Below are positions 37,156 through 44,143 of a stretch of 45,004 nucleotides of DNA, one piece after another; the stretch's first letter is position 1, and each line of letters starts with the position of its first letter. Under the pieces are notes generated by a model. That model ran no database searches, was not told where the DNA came from, and saw only the letters and a list, made by a program, of their open reading frames with translations. A program made the position numbers and the translations under genes. This DNA is from a virus (lineage: Duplodnaviria; Caudoviricetes), in IMG/VR virus record IMGVR_UViG_3300033181_000233, positions 1-45,004 of that record; one strand, 5' to 3'.

Positions 37156-37455
37156 GTGGCCGACTTCGGATATCGACCGCTGCCCGCGAACCTGCTGCTG
37201 AACACCGGCGCCGACTTCGACGTGACCGTGACGCAGCAGGTGAACGGCCTGCCGCAGCCGTGGGGAGCCGTGCAGGTGCAGTTCGAGTTCGAGAACGGGA
37301 CCGTGTGGCCGGCCACGGTGACCGGCGCGGACGCGGTGTTCACCCGGCCGCGGAACGAGTGCGACGCTCTCGCCGCGAACCAGCGGGTCGAGCTGATCTT
37401 CATCGACGGCGCACACCGCACCGTGTACAGCAGCGGCCGGGTGTTCCGTGCCTGA
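37156..37455 (+). CDS. Small tail fibre adaptor-like protein
   Basis: GYRPLPANLLLNTGADF...WPATVTG...GRV. Confidence 0.7.
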   Translation: MADFGYRPLPANLLLNTGADFDVTVTQQVNGLPQPWGAVQVQFEFENGTVWPATVTGADAVFTRPRNECDALAANQRVELIFIDGAHRTVYSSGRVFRA

Positions 37456-37702
37456 CTACGCCACCGGCGCGACCGTCGTCGTCACCGCGCCGCACCTGCC
37501 CGCCATGGTCGTCAGCCCGCCCTCCACGCCCGGTGTCATCGTCACCGTCCTCCGAGGCCCGCAGGGGCCGGCTGGGCCGGCTGGTGCGAACGGCGTCACC
37601 GAGTACCACGGCCTCGGGCCTCCGCCGCTGACGATCCTCGGCAGCCACCCGGGGGACCTCTACATCGACGACCTGACCGGCGACCGCTACCAGCAGATGT
37701 AG
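37448..37702 (+). CDS. Short collagen-motif tail protein 1
   Basis: GPQGPAGPAG; ends PGDLYIDDLTGDRYQQM. Confidence 0.75.
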   Translation: MPDYATGATVVVTAPHLPAMVVSPPSTPGVIVTVLRGPQGPAGPAGANGVTEYHGLGPPPLTILGSHPGDLYIDDLTGDRYQQM

Positions 37703-37711
37703 GAGCAACCC

Positions 37712-38215
37712 ATGGCATGGACGCTGACCGGCAACATCAGGGGTCCCGCTGGACCCACCGGCGCGACCGGCGCTACCGGCCCAGCGGGGGCTGCCGGCCC
37801 GGGCGGGCTGACCTGGCGCGGCGCCTGGTCCTCGACCAGCGCGTACGCCGTCAACGACTCCGTGTCCTCCAACGGCAGCACGTTCTTCGCTGTCGCCGCG
37901 AGCACCAACCAGCAGCCCAGCCAGGCGTACCCGCCAGTGGCGACCGCGTCGTGGGCGGTCCTGGCCATCGAGGGCGCGCAGGGCCCCACCGGCGCGACAG
38001 GTCCAGCGGGAGCTGCGGGCGCGGCCGGGGCCACCGGTGCACAGGGCCCCGCCGGCACTGCGGGCGCGGCCGGCGCGACAGGCACCACCGGGGCGACGGG
38101 CACCCGAGGGTCGCTGTGGTACACGGGCAGCGGCGCCCCCGGGACGATCGCCGGGTCGTTGCCCGGCGACCAGTACCTCGACACGGCGTCCGGCACCGTC
38201 TACACGCTCAGCTGA
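37712..38215 (+). CDS. Collagen-like tail fibre protein 2
   Basis: AGGAG RBS; G-X-Y runs around WRGAWSSTSAYAVNDSV; ends PGDQYLDTASGTVYTLS. Confidence 0.85.
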   Translation: MAWTLTGNIRGPAGPTGATGATGPAGAAGPGGLTWRGAWSSTSAYAVNDSVSSNGSTFFAVAASTNQQPSQAYPPVATASWAVLAIEGAQGPTGATGPAGAAGAAGATGAQGPAGTAGAAGATGTTGATGTRGSLWYTGSGAPGTIAGSLPGDQYLDTASGTVYTLS

Positions 38216-38817
38216 TGCCTTGGGCCCCAGGCGGCAGCATCCGCGGCCCAGCCGGACCCACCGGGCCGGCCGGTGCGTGGCCAGCGCTCGGCGGGAAGGT
38301 GTCCGGTCAGAATCAGCCCCCGTCGAACATGATCACGTCCGCCGCGGCCACGCTGGCCTCCGGCAACATGAGCGCGTCCCTACTCGACGTCGGACCGGGG
38401 TCGGCCACCTACTCGGCGATCGCGATTTACGTCGGGGCTGCCAGCGGGAACACCGGCGGCGCGACCCTCGAATGGCGGCTCGGGATCTACACCGACGCCA
38501 ACGGGGTCCCCGGAACGCTCGTGGTCGACGCCGGTGCGCTGACCGCGCTGGTCGTCGGCGCCAACCCGCTCCCGATCACCCAGACGCTCCAGGGCCGCTA
38601 CTGGTGCGTCTGCCGGTACGTCGCGAGCGCCGCCCCGTCGACCGCACCAACGGTGCACCAGATCACCAACGGGCTCGCCCTGCCGGGTAACACCTGGACC
38701 AACGACTACCGCGGGCACCTCGCCACCGGGCAGGCGGCCGGGGCGCTACCCGCGGCCTGGCCGGCGTCGACGCCGAACATCTCCAACGTCGTCACCGTCG
38801 GCATGCGGTTCGTCTGA
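38215..38817 (+). CDS. Collagen-motif tail protein 3 with a C-terminal globular tip
   Basis: MPWAPGGSIRGPAGPTGPAG, then RLGIYTDANGVPGTLVVDAG...GRYW. Confidence 0.8.
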   Translation: MPWAPGGSIRGPAGPTGPAGAWPALGGKVSGQNQPPSNMITSAAATLASGNMSASLLDVGPGSATYSAIAIYVGAASGNTGGATLEWRLGIYTDANGVPGTLVVDAGALTALVVGANPLPITQTLQGRYWCVCRYVASAAPSTAPTVHQITNGLALPGNTWTNDYRGHLATGQAAGALPAAWPASTPNISNVVTVGMRFV

Positions 38818-38839
38818 CCGAGCGCCAAACCCAGGAGGC

Positions 38840-39385
38840 ATGGCCATGACCGACCCCGCACCTGTTGTCCCACCGCCCGCACTCCCGGCCCAGCCGGCCC
38901 GGCCGGTGCAGTCCGAGAACTACTTCCGCGCGATCTGGGGGATCACCTGGCTGTACTTCGGTGTCGGCGCGCTCGGCGGCACCGGCAGTGCCGCAGTCGT
39001 GTCGGTCCTGGACTCCCTGACCACACAGCGGATCCTCGCCATCGTGTTCCTGTTCGCGGGTGGGCTCACCCTCGGGAGCCTGTTCGTGGAGCGGTTCGAG
39101 GATCGGCTCACCCGGGTCCGGGGCACCCCGGTCGGCGCGATCCTGCTCGCGGACGGCGCGGAGCTGGCCGCGTGCATCATCGGGGGGCTCGCGACCGTGC
39201 TGGTCACTGTGACTACCGCCGCCCGGTACGAGGCGACCGCCCCCCACGTCGGGGCCCTGCACGTCCTGTTCGGGGCGTCCTACCCGGTCGGCGCCGAGAC
39301 GCTGGTCGCGGTCGTCGCGCTCATCCGGGCCGTCCGCCTGATCCGCGACCCGGACGACGAGGAGCAGACGGGCGGGCGCTCGTGA
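38840..39385 (+). CDS. Multi-pass membrane protein (lysis module)
   Basis: AGGAGG RBS; about four hydrophobic segments. Confidence 0.75.
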   Translation: MAMTDPAPVVPPPALPAQPARPVQSENYFRAIWGITWLYFGVGALGGTGSAAVVSVLDSLTTQRILAIVFLFAGGLTLGSLFVERFEDRLTRVRGTPVGAILLADGAELAACIIGGLATVLVTVTTAARYEATAPHVGALHVLFGASYPVGAETLVAVVALIRAVRLIRDPDDEEQTGGRS

Positions 39386-39765
39386 ATGTCGGCTCGCTCG
39401 CCACGCAGTTCCTCGTCGCGGTCGTCCCGATCACCCTCGGCGGGGTCGGGTGGCTGATCAAGAACCGGCGGCCCCGGGCCGTGAAGGCCGCCGCGGACCT
39501 GAGGGCCGCCGCGGACGCCCGGAAGACCGACGCCGAAGCCGCGGCGATCACCGCGCGCACCGCCCTCGAAGGCGTGCAGGCCCAGCAGAAACGGCAGGAC
39601 GACCTCATCGCCGACCTGTACAAGCAGATCCGCGAGACCCGGGTCCTGGTCGTCGACGCCGACGAACGGGTCCGCAGCGCTGAACGCCGCGCTGACCGGG
39701 CCGAACGTCGCATCGACGTGCTTGAGCAGGCGCTGCGGGACCGGAACATCCCCATCCCCCCCTGA
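39382..39765 (+). CDS. Membrane-anchored coiled-coil protein (lysis module)
   Basis: N-terminal TM segment FLVAVVPITLGGVGWLI, a long coiled coil, and an LRDRNIPIPP end. Confidence 0.75.
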   Translation: MNVGSLATQFLVAVVPITLGGVGWLIKNRRPRAVKAAADLRAAADARKTDAEAAAITARTALEGVQAQQKRQDDLIADLYKQIRETRVLVVDADERVRSAERRADRAERRIDVLEQALRDRNIPIPP

Positions 39766-39779
39766 CACGGACTGACCTT

Positions 39780-39986
39780 CTAGATCAGGGCGAGGTTGCG
39801 CTCCCGGGTGCTGTCGGAGTCGCGGCCGTAGAAGTTCGTCCGCTGGCCGTAGTAGGGCGGGCCGCCGACGTTGCCGTCGTCCCGATCGGCTGGGTCGTCG
39901 CAGTCGCACCGGCATGGCCCGTCGTGCCCACGCACGAACTGGCAGGAGTGCGTGCCCCAACAGGTGTCACAGAAATCGTTGTCCAT
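39780..39986 (-). CDS. 68-aa Cys/His-rich protein on the opposite strand
   Basis: MDNDFCDTCWGTHSCQFVRGHDGPCRCDC...PPYYG; fills an otherwise empty gap. Confidence 0.6.
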   Translation of the reverse strand: MDNDFCDTCWGTHSCQFVRGHDGPCRCDCDDPADRDDGNVGGPPYYGQRTNFYGRDSDSTRERNLALI

Positions 39987-40055
39987 CCGCCCATCTTTCC
40001 ACCCGACCGGCACCCGCCGGCCGGGCCTCACCCGCGCCCTGGAGGGCACCCAGCC

Positions 40056-40967
40056 ATGGCAGAGCCCCCGATCACCCTGCAGGCGATCCACTACAGCGCC
40101 GGCAGCAACAGCCCCTACGACCGGATCGTCATCCACTGCACGGCGCCCGGAATCGGGTACCCCGCCGCGAGCAAGCAGGGCGACGCCCACGGGACCGCCC
40201 AGTACTTCCAGCAGGCGTCCAGCGGCGGGTCCGCGCACGACGTGTTCGACATCGGCGGCGCGGCAACCCGTGAGCACTGCGTCGCGTTCCCCGTCATCGC
40301 GTGGCACGCGCCGCCGAACCCTCGCAGCATCGGCAAGGAGGTCTGCGGGGAACCCAGCTACACCCGCGTGCAGTGGCTGTCCGACGCGGTGTGGCCGGCC
40401 GTTGAGGCGTGCGCTCTCAGCACCCGCGAGGACTGCCAGGCATACAACATCCCGATGGTGCGGATCACGTCCGGTGACCTGCTCCGGGGCGCCCACGGAA
40501 TCACCGGGCACGTCGACGTGTCCCAGGCGTGGCACCAGTCCACCCACTGGGACCCGGGATCCAACTTCCCTTGGGACCGGTTCATGGCCGTCGTCCTGGC
40601 CGGTTCCCCGGCCGCCGCGGCCCCGCCCAAGCAGGCGATGCCCCCGGCGCAAAAACTGGTCATCCGCCAGTACCCGCGGGCGGCGTGGCGGCCCGGCCCC
40701 TGGTCCGCGACTGAGCTCGCCGCGATGTTCGCGACCCCCGACGGGCAGCCGCACCGGTCCCTCGAGGTGGTTCAGACCGCGCTGAACGGGCAGGGCTGCG
40801 GGCCCCTCGTCGCCGACGGCGTCATCGGGGACCACACGAAAACCGCGTGGCGGAACTGGGAATGGCGGATTTACGGCCGCGACTCCGCGGACGCCAACGA
40901 CATCCCGAACCGCTCGACCGTGGAGTCGCTCGGCAACGCATCCCAGCTGTTCATCGGAGGAATCTGA
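40056..40967 (+). CDS. Endolysin: N-acetylmuramoyl-L-alanine amidase with a peptidoglycan-binding domain
   Basis: IVIHCT, SAH, AWHAPPN..SIGKE and GHVDV...HWDPG; C-terminal VQTALN...ADGVIGDHT. Confidence 0.92.
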   Translation: MAEPPITLQAIHYSAGSNSPYDRIVIHCTAPGIGYPAASKQGDAHGTAQYFQQASSGGSAHDVFDIGGAATREHCVAFPVIAWHAPPNPRSIGKEVCGEPSYTRVQWLSDAVWPAVEACALSTREDCQAYNIPMVRITSGDLLRGAHGITGHVDVSQAWHQSTHWDPGSNFPWDRFMAVVLAGSPAAAAPPKQAMPPAQKLVIRQYPRAAWRPGPWSATELAAMFATPDGQPHRSLEVVQTALNGQGCGPLVADGVIGDHTKTAWRNWEWRIYGRDSADANDIPNRSTVESLGNASQLFIGGI

Positions 40968-40968
40968 C

Positions 40969-41175
40969 ATGCCTGACACCACCGCACCGCAGCCCACCGA
41001 GCCGGTGGGCGTCGCCGCATGGGACGCGTCCGTCCCCGACGGCTACGTGCAAGCAGCCACCACCTGGGTCGACGGCGTCATCGACGTTCCCTCACCCGAG
41101 GCCCCCGTCAACCACGAGGCCCCTGCCCCCACCGCGCCGGCACCGGCGACGCCGACTGTGCCAGCAGGTCCGTGA
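40969..41175 (+). CDS. Small Pro-rich hypothetical protein
   Basis: GGAGG RBS; GTGA-coupled to the next gene. Confidence 0.6.
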   Translation: MPDTTAPQPTEPVGVAAWDASVPDGYVQAATTWVDGVIDVPSPEAPVNHEAPAPTAPAPATPTVPAGP

Positions 41176-41747
41176 CCGCGCACCCGATCCGCCCGGGCGA
41201 CTACTTCCTCACCCGGGCGGACACCGCTCTCGGCCTGGCGATCCGCACGGTGACCCGGTCGCCGGTGAACCACGCCGGGATCGTCACCGCGGTCGAACCC
41301 GACGGGACCGTGCGGACCGTGCAGGCGCTCTCGCACGGGGTCGTCCCCCGGCCGCTGCCCCTGCGGGTGGCGACCGGGGACGCCGTCGTCATCGTCCACC
41401 CGACGATCACCCACCAGCAGCGGCTCCTGGCAGCCGGCACCGCCGAGCTGCTGGTGCACCGACGCGTCGGCTACGACTACAGCGACCTGCTCGCCGCCGG
41501 CCTCCTCCAGTACGGCGTCAGCTTGCCGTCGATCCGACGGAAGGTCGCCGACCCCGACCGGATGATCTGCTCCCAGGCCGTCGACTGGTGCTACGGCCAG
41601 GCCGGCGTCCACCTGTTCGATGACGGCCGCACCCCGCAGGCCGTGACCCCCGGCGACCTGCTGTGGCTGCACGAGCAGCGCGGCTGGGCCACCACCTGGT
41701 GGGGCGGCACCCCACCCGGAACCCCGCACAAGGAGGCACGCGCATGA
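41172..41747 (+). CDS. Permuted papain-like NlpC/P60 (YiiX/YaeF-type) enzyme
   Basis: PGDYFL...NHAGIV...GYDY...ICSQAV..CY..AG...VTPGDL, with His preceding Cys. Confidence 0.82.
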   Translation: MTAHPIRPGDYFLTRADTALGLAIRTVTRSPVNHAGIVTAVEPDGTVRTVQALSHGVVPRPLPLRVATGDAVVIVHPTITHQQRLLAAGTAELLVHRRVGYDYSDLLAAGLLQYGVSLPSIRRKVADPDRMICSQAVDWCYGQAGVHLFDDGRTPQAVTPGDLLWLHEQRGWATTWWGGTPPGTPHKEARA

Positions 41748-42238
41748 TCATCGAGACCAAGGTCGCCGCAGCCAGCGCCGGAGGTGGGATCGCCGCCGTC
41801 GCCGCGACCGTCGCCATGGACTACCTGTACAAGCAGCCGATCCCACAGTCCGCCGTCGAGGTGCTGCTCGTCTACATCGTGGCGCAGGGCGGCGCGTTCA
41901 TCGCCGGGTACGTCGCCAAGCACACCCACCGCCCCGACCTCGCCGCCACCGAGGTGCTGCCCCCTACCGGGTCACCGTCGATGGCCGACACCGGCCCGAC
42001 CAGCCCGGAAGGCGGCCCACCCGACGCGGTGCTCACCGAGGCGCAAGCCGGGCAGGTGCAGGCCGCCATCGACGCCGCGGTCGCCGCCATCCCACCCGCC
42101 GCTCCCACGCCGGTCGTGGTTCCCGTCACCGTCACCGCGCCCCCCGCGCCCGCCTGGGACGCGCTCCCCCCACCCGCACCGGCTCCCGCACCGGCGCCGC
42201 CCGTCCCGCAGGCCGGCGCCACCGCCGCAATGGTCTGA
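41744..42238 (+). CDS. Holin-like protein with a Pro-rich tail
   Basis: AAGGAGG RBS; IETKVAAA...two TM segments...FIAGYVAKHTHRPDL. Confidence 0.75.
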   Translation: MIIETKVAAASAGGGIAAVAATVAMDYLYKQPIPQSAVEVLLVYIVAQGGAFIAGYVAKHTHRPDLAATEVLPPTGSPSMADTGPTSPEGGPPDAVLTEAQAGQVQAAIDAAVAAIPPAAPTPVVVPVTVTAPPAPAWDALPPPAPAPAPAPPVPQAGATAAMV

Positions 42239-42256
42239 CCGACCCCGCAACGCCAG

Positions 42257-42300
42257 CGCCCCACCGATCCCTGCTGCCGGGGTCGGTGGGGCGATTTCTT
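42257..42300 (+). terminator. Intrinsic terminator ending the late operon
   Basis: CGCCCCACCGATCCC / GGGGTCGGTGGGGCG stem followed by ATTTCTT, between convergent genes. Confidence 0.8.
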
Positions 42301-42304
42301 GCGT

Positions 42305-42610
42305 TCAGCGCGCCTCGACGTCCGCGACGAGCGCGACCCCCGCCGGGCTGTCCTCCTGGTGCCACTCGGTGACCGCGCGGTATCCGAGCCGACCGACGAC
42401 CGCGTCCGCGTCGAACGTCCACACGCCGTGCTCATCCAGATCGCCCGCGTCAACGGCGACACGGCGATGGTGGTACTCGTGGCCGTCCCACTCGCCGTCG
42501 ACGACGCGGTAGCGGGTCACGAGGTCGACGCCGTAGCCGCCGCCCTCGTTCGGCAACGAGTGGATGACGGCAGCGATGGCGGTCTCGGTGGCGGTGGTCT
42601 GTGCGGCCAT
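42305..42610 (-). CDS. Hypothetical protein (101 aa)
   Basis: AAGGAGCCCGCC-ATG leader; MAAQTTATETAIAAVIHSLP... Confidence 0.75.
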   Translation of the reverse strand: MAAQTTATETAIAAVIHSLPNEGGGYGVDLVTRYRVVDGEWDGHEYHHRRVAVDAGDLDEHGVWTFDADAVVGRLGYRAVTEWHQEDSPAGVALVADVEAR

Positions 42611-42644
42611 GGCGGGCTCCTTGGGTTGGGGTAGGTAGGGTCGG

Positions 42645-42956
42645 TCAGCCGAAGCTGGCGGCTCCGTCGTCGCACCGGTAGCAGACGTAGCCGACGATGC
42701 CGGAGGAGTCGCTTGCGAGGTGCGCACCACTCCGTCCGCAGGACTCGCAGCGGTGGGACGAGGTGCGACGCGCGGTGCTCTTGGTAACGGTCCGCTTCGG
42801 GGGGGGCGTCGAACCGCAGGCCGCGTGGCGGACCGTCCAGCGGCCGTTGACCTTGCCGCCGAGGAGGCCCGCACCGGCGGCGACCTGACCGGAGCACTGG
42901 GTGCAAGCCCCGGCGTAGGTGTTCGGCCTGGCGGTCATGGCGGTCATGGCGGTCAT
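42645..42956 (-). CDS. Two-Zn-finger hypothetical protein (103 aa)
   Basis: GAGGAGCCCGCC-ATG leader; NTYAGACTQC...HAAC and CESC...CYRC. Confidence 0.75.
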   Translation of the reverse strand: MTAMTAMTARPNTYAGACTQCSGQVAAGAGLLGGKVNGRWTVRHAACGSTPPPKRTVTKSTARRTSSHRCESCGRSGAHLASDSSGIVGYVCYRCDDGAASFG

Positions 42957-43000
42957 GGCGGGCTCCTCGGTGTCGGTGCCCCTGCTGGGGCGATGACATA

Positions 43001-43066
43001 AGTGTGTGCCAATCAATCCGCCACGTCAACCCCTGCACCGAAATTTCTGTGTGCCAGACTTCAGCC
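43001..43066. promoter_or_regulatory. Divergent promoters with TGTGTGCCA direct repeats
   Basis: Minus strand: TTGACG (43029-43024), 17 bp, CACACT (43006-43001). Plus strand: CAGACT (43055-43060), 6 nt, ATG. Repeats at 43003-43011 and 43048-43056. Confidence 0.65.
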
Positions 43067-43228
43067 ATGGCCGGTCGTCCCGCACTGCCCACCGATCAGC
43101 GCCGCACCGCCCGCCTCGTCGTCCGGGCCACCGCCGCCGAACTCGACGAGATCCGCCGCGCCGCCGAACTCTCCGGCCTGTCCGTGTCCACGTGGCTACG
43201 CGACATCGTGCTCAAGGCCGCCAGGTAG
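43067..43228 (+). CDS. Ribbon-helix-helix DNA-binding protein
   Basis: MAGRP...RLVVRATAAELDEIRRAAELSGLSVSTWLRDIVL. Confidence 0.8.
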   Translation: MAGRPALPTDQRRTARLVVRATAAELDEIRRAAELSGLSVSTWLRDIVLKAAR

Positions 43229-43343
43229 GCGCCGGCCGCCACGGGCCGGCCATCACCCGCTCGCACCCGCACCCATCGGCACGGCAACGCGGGTCGTGCA
43301 GGCTCCAGTAGTGGTGGCAGGTGGGGCACGTCGGCGCGTCCAT
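43212..43343 (-). CDS. 43-aa Cys/His-rich leaderless peptide
   Basis: MDAPTCPTCHHYWSLHDPRCRADGCGCERVMAGPWRPAPTWRP, preceded by CTGACC-17-TACGGT-6-ATG. Confidence 0.55.
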   Translation of the reverse strand: MDAPTCPTCHHYWSLHDPRCRADGCGCERVMAGPWRPAPTWRP

Positions 43344-43374
43344 GCGGCGACCGTAAGGGCGAGGTCGGACAGGG

Positions 43375-44040
43375 TCAGCCGACCTTGGTCCACGCTTCGC
43401 AGCCGGTGCTCTCGAACGCTTTGTCCGACCTCTGGATCGTGACCACGGACGGGCCGGCCGAGTTGTTGTTGTTCAGGATGCCGGCGGTGTCGCCGCTGCC
43501 GTCGGTGTTGCTCAGCCGCGCCCAGTAGCAGTTCCCCGACGCCGGGACACCCGACCGGTAGGTACCGGCCTCGATGTCCGTGCCCACCAGGTAGGTGCCG
43601 TCGCCGGGGATCGTCGCCGAGGACGCGCCCCCGCCGCCCCCGCCGACAGCCGCGGCTGCCTGCTCGGTGCGCACGACGGTCACCGTGGGTCCCGGAACAG
43701 CGGGACCCGACACCGTCACGGTCGGCGCAGGCGCTGCCGGCGCGGTGACCGTCCGGGCCGGAGCTGCCACGGGCGCGGCCCCTGCCACGGTGACCGTCGG
43801 CGCAGGGGCCGCCGCGCCCGCCACGGTCACGGTCGGCCCGGGCACGGGAGCACCAGCCACGGTGACCGTCGGAGCTGGAGCGGCGACGGTCGCGGCGCTC
43901 CCCGAGTTGCTCGCCCGACCGATCCCGCAGCCGCCGAAGAACAGCACCAGCGCACCCAGCGCTGCCAGACCACGGCGCCGCTTCTTCGGCTTCGGGGCGG
44001 CGGTCGCGGCGATCGGACCGGGCGGCTGGTCGGTGCTCAT
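43375..44040 (-). CDS. Membrane-anchored surface protein with a PTVTV repeat stalk
   Basis: AAGGGAG RBS; KPKKRRR plus a TM segment; about five (A/G)PTVTV repeats; C-terminal GDGTYLVGTDIEAGTYRS...CYWARL...GC..W domain. Confidence 0.85.
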   Translation of the reverse strand: MSTDQPPGPIAATAAPKPKKRRRGLAALGALVLFFGGCGIGRASNSGSAATVAAPAPTVTVAGAPVPGPTVTVAGAAAPAPTVTVAGAAPVAAPARTVTAPAAPAPTVTVSGPAVPGPTVTVVRTEQAAAAVGGGGGGASSATIPGDGTYLVGTDIEAGTYRSGVPASGNCYWARLSNTDGSGDTAGILNNNNSAGPSVVTIQRSDKAFESTGCEAWTKVG

Positions 44041-44143
44041 GGCGTGCTCCCTTGTCGGCTCAGTAGGACGCCATGGTGAGCGCTGGGCGACCAGTCAGAT
44101 ACACCGAGGCTGGTCACGGTTGGGTGACGGGGCGCCGGGCTCG

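Noticed and set aside
43067-43228. RHH protein as the antitoxin of a toxin-antitoxin pair
   Set aside because: No recognisable toxin gene (GNAT, PIN or RelE) is co-transcribed with it.
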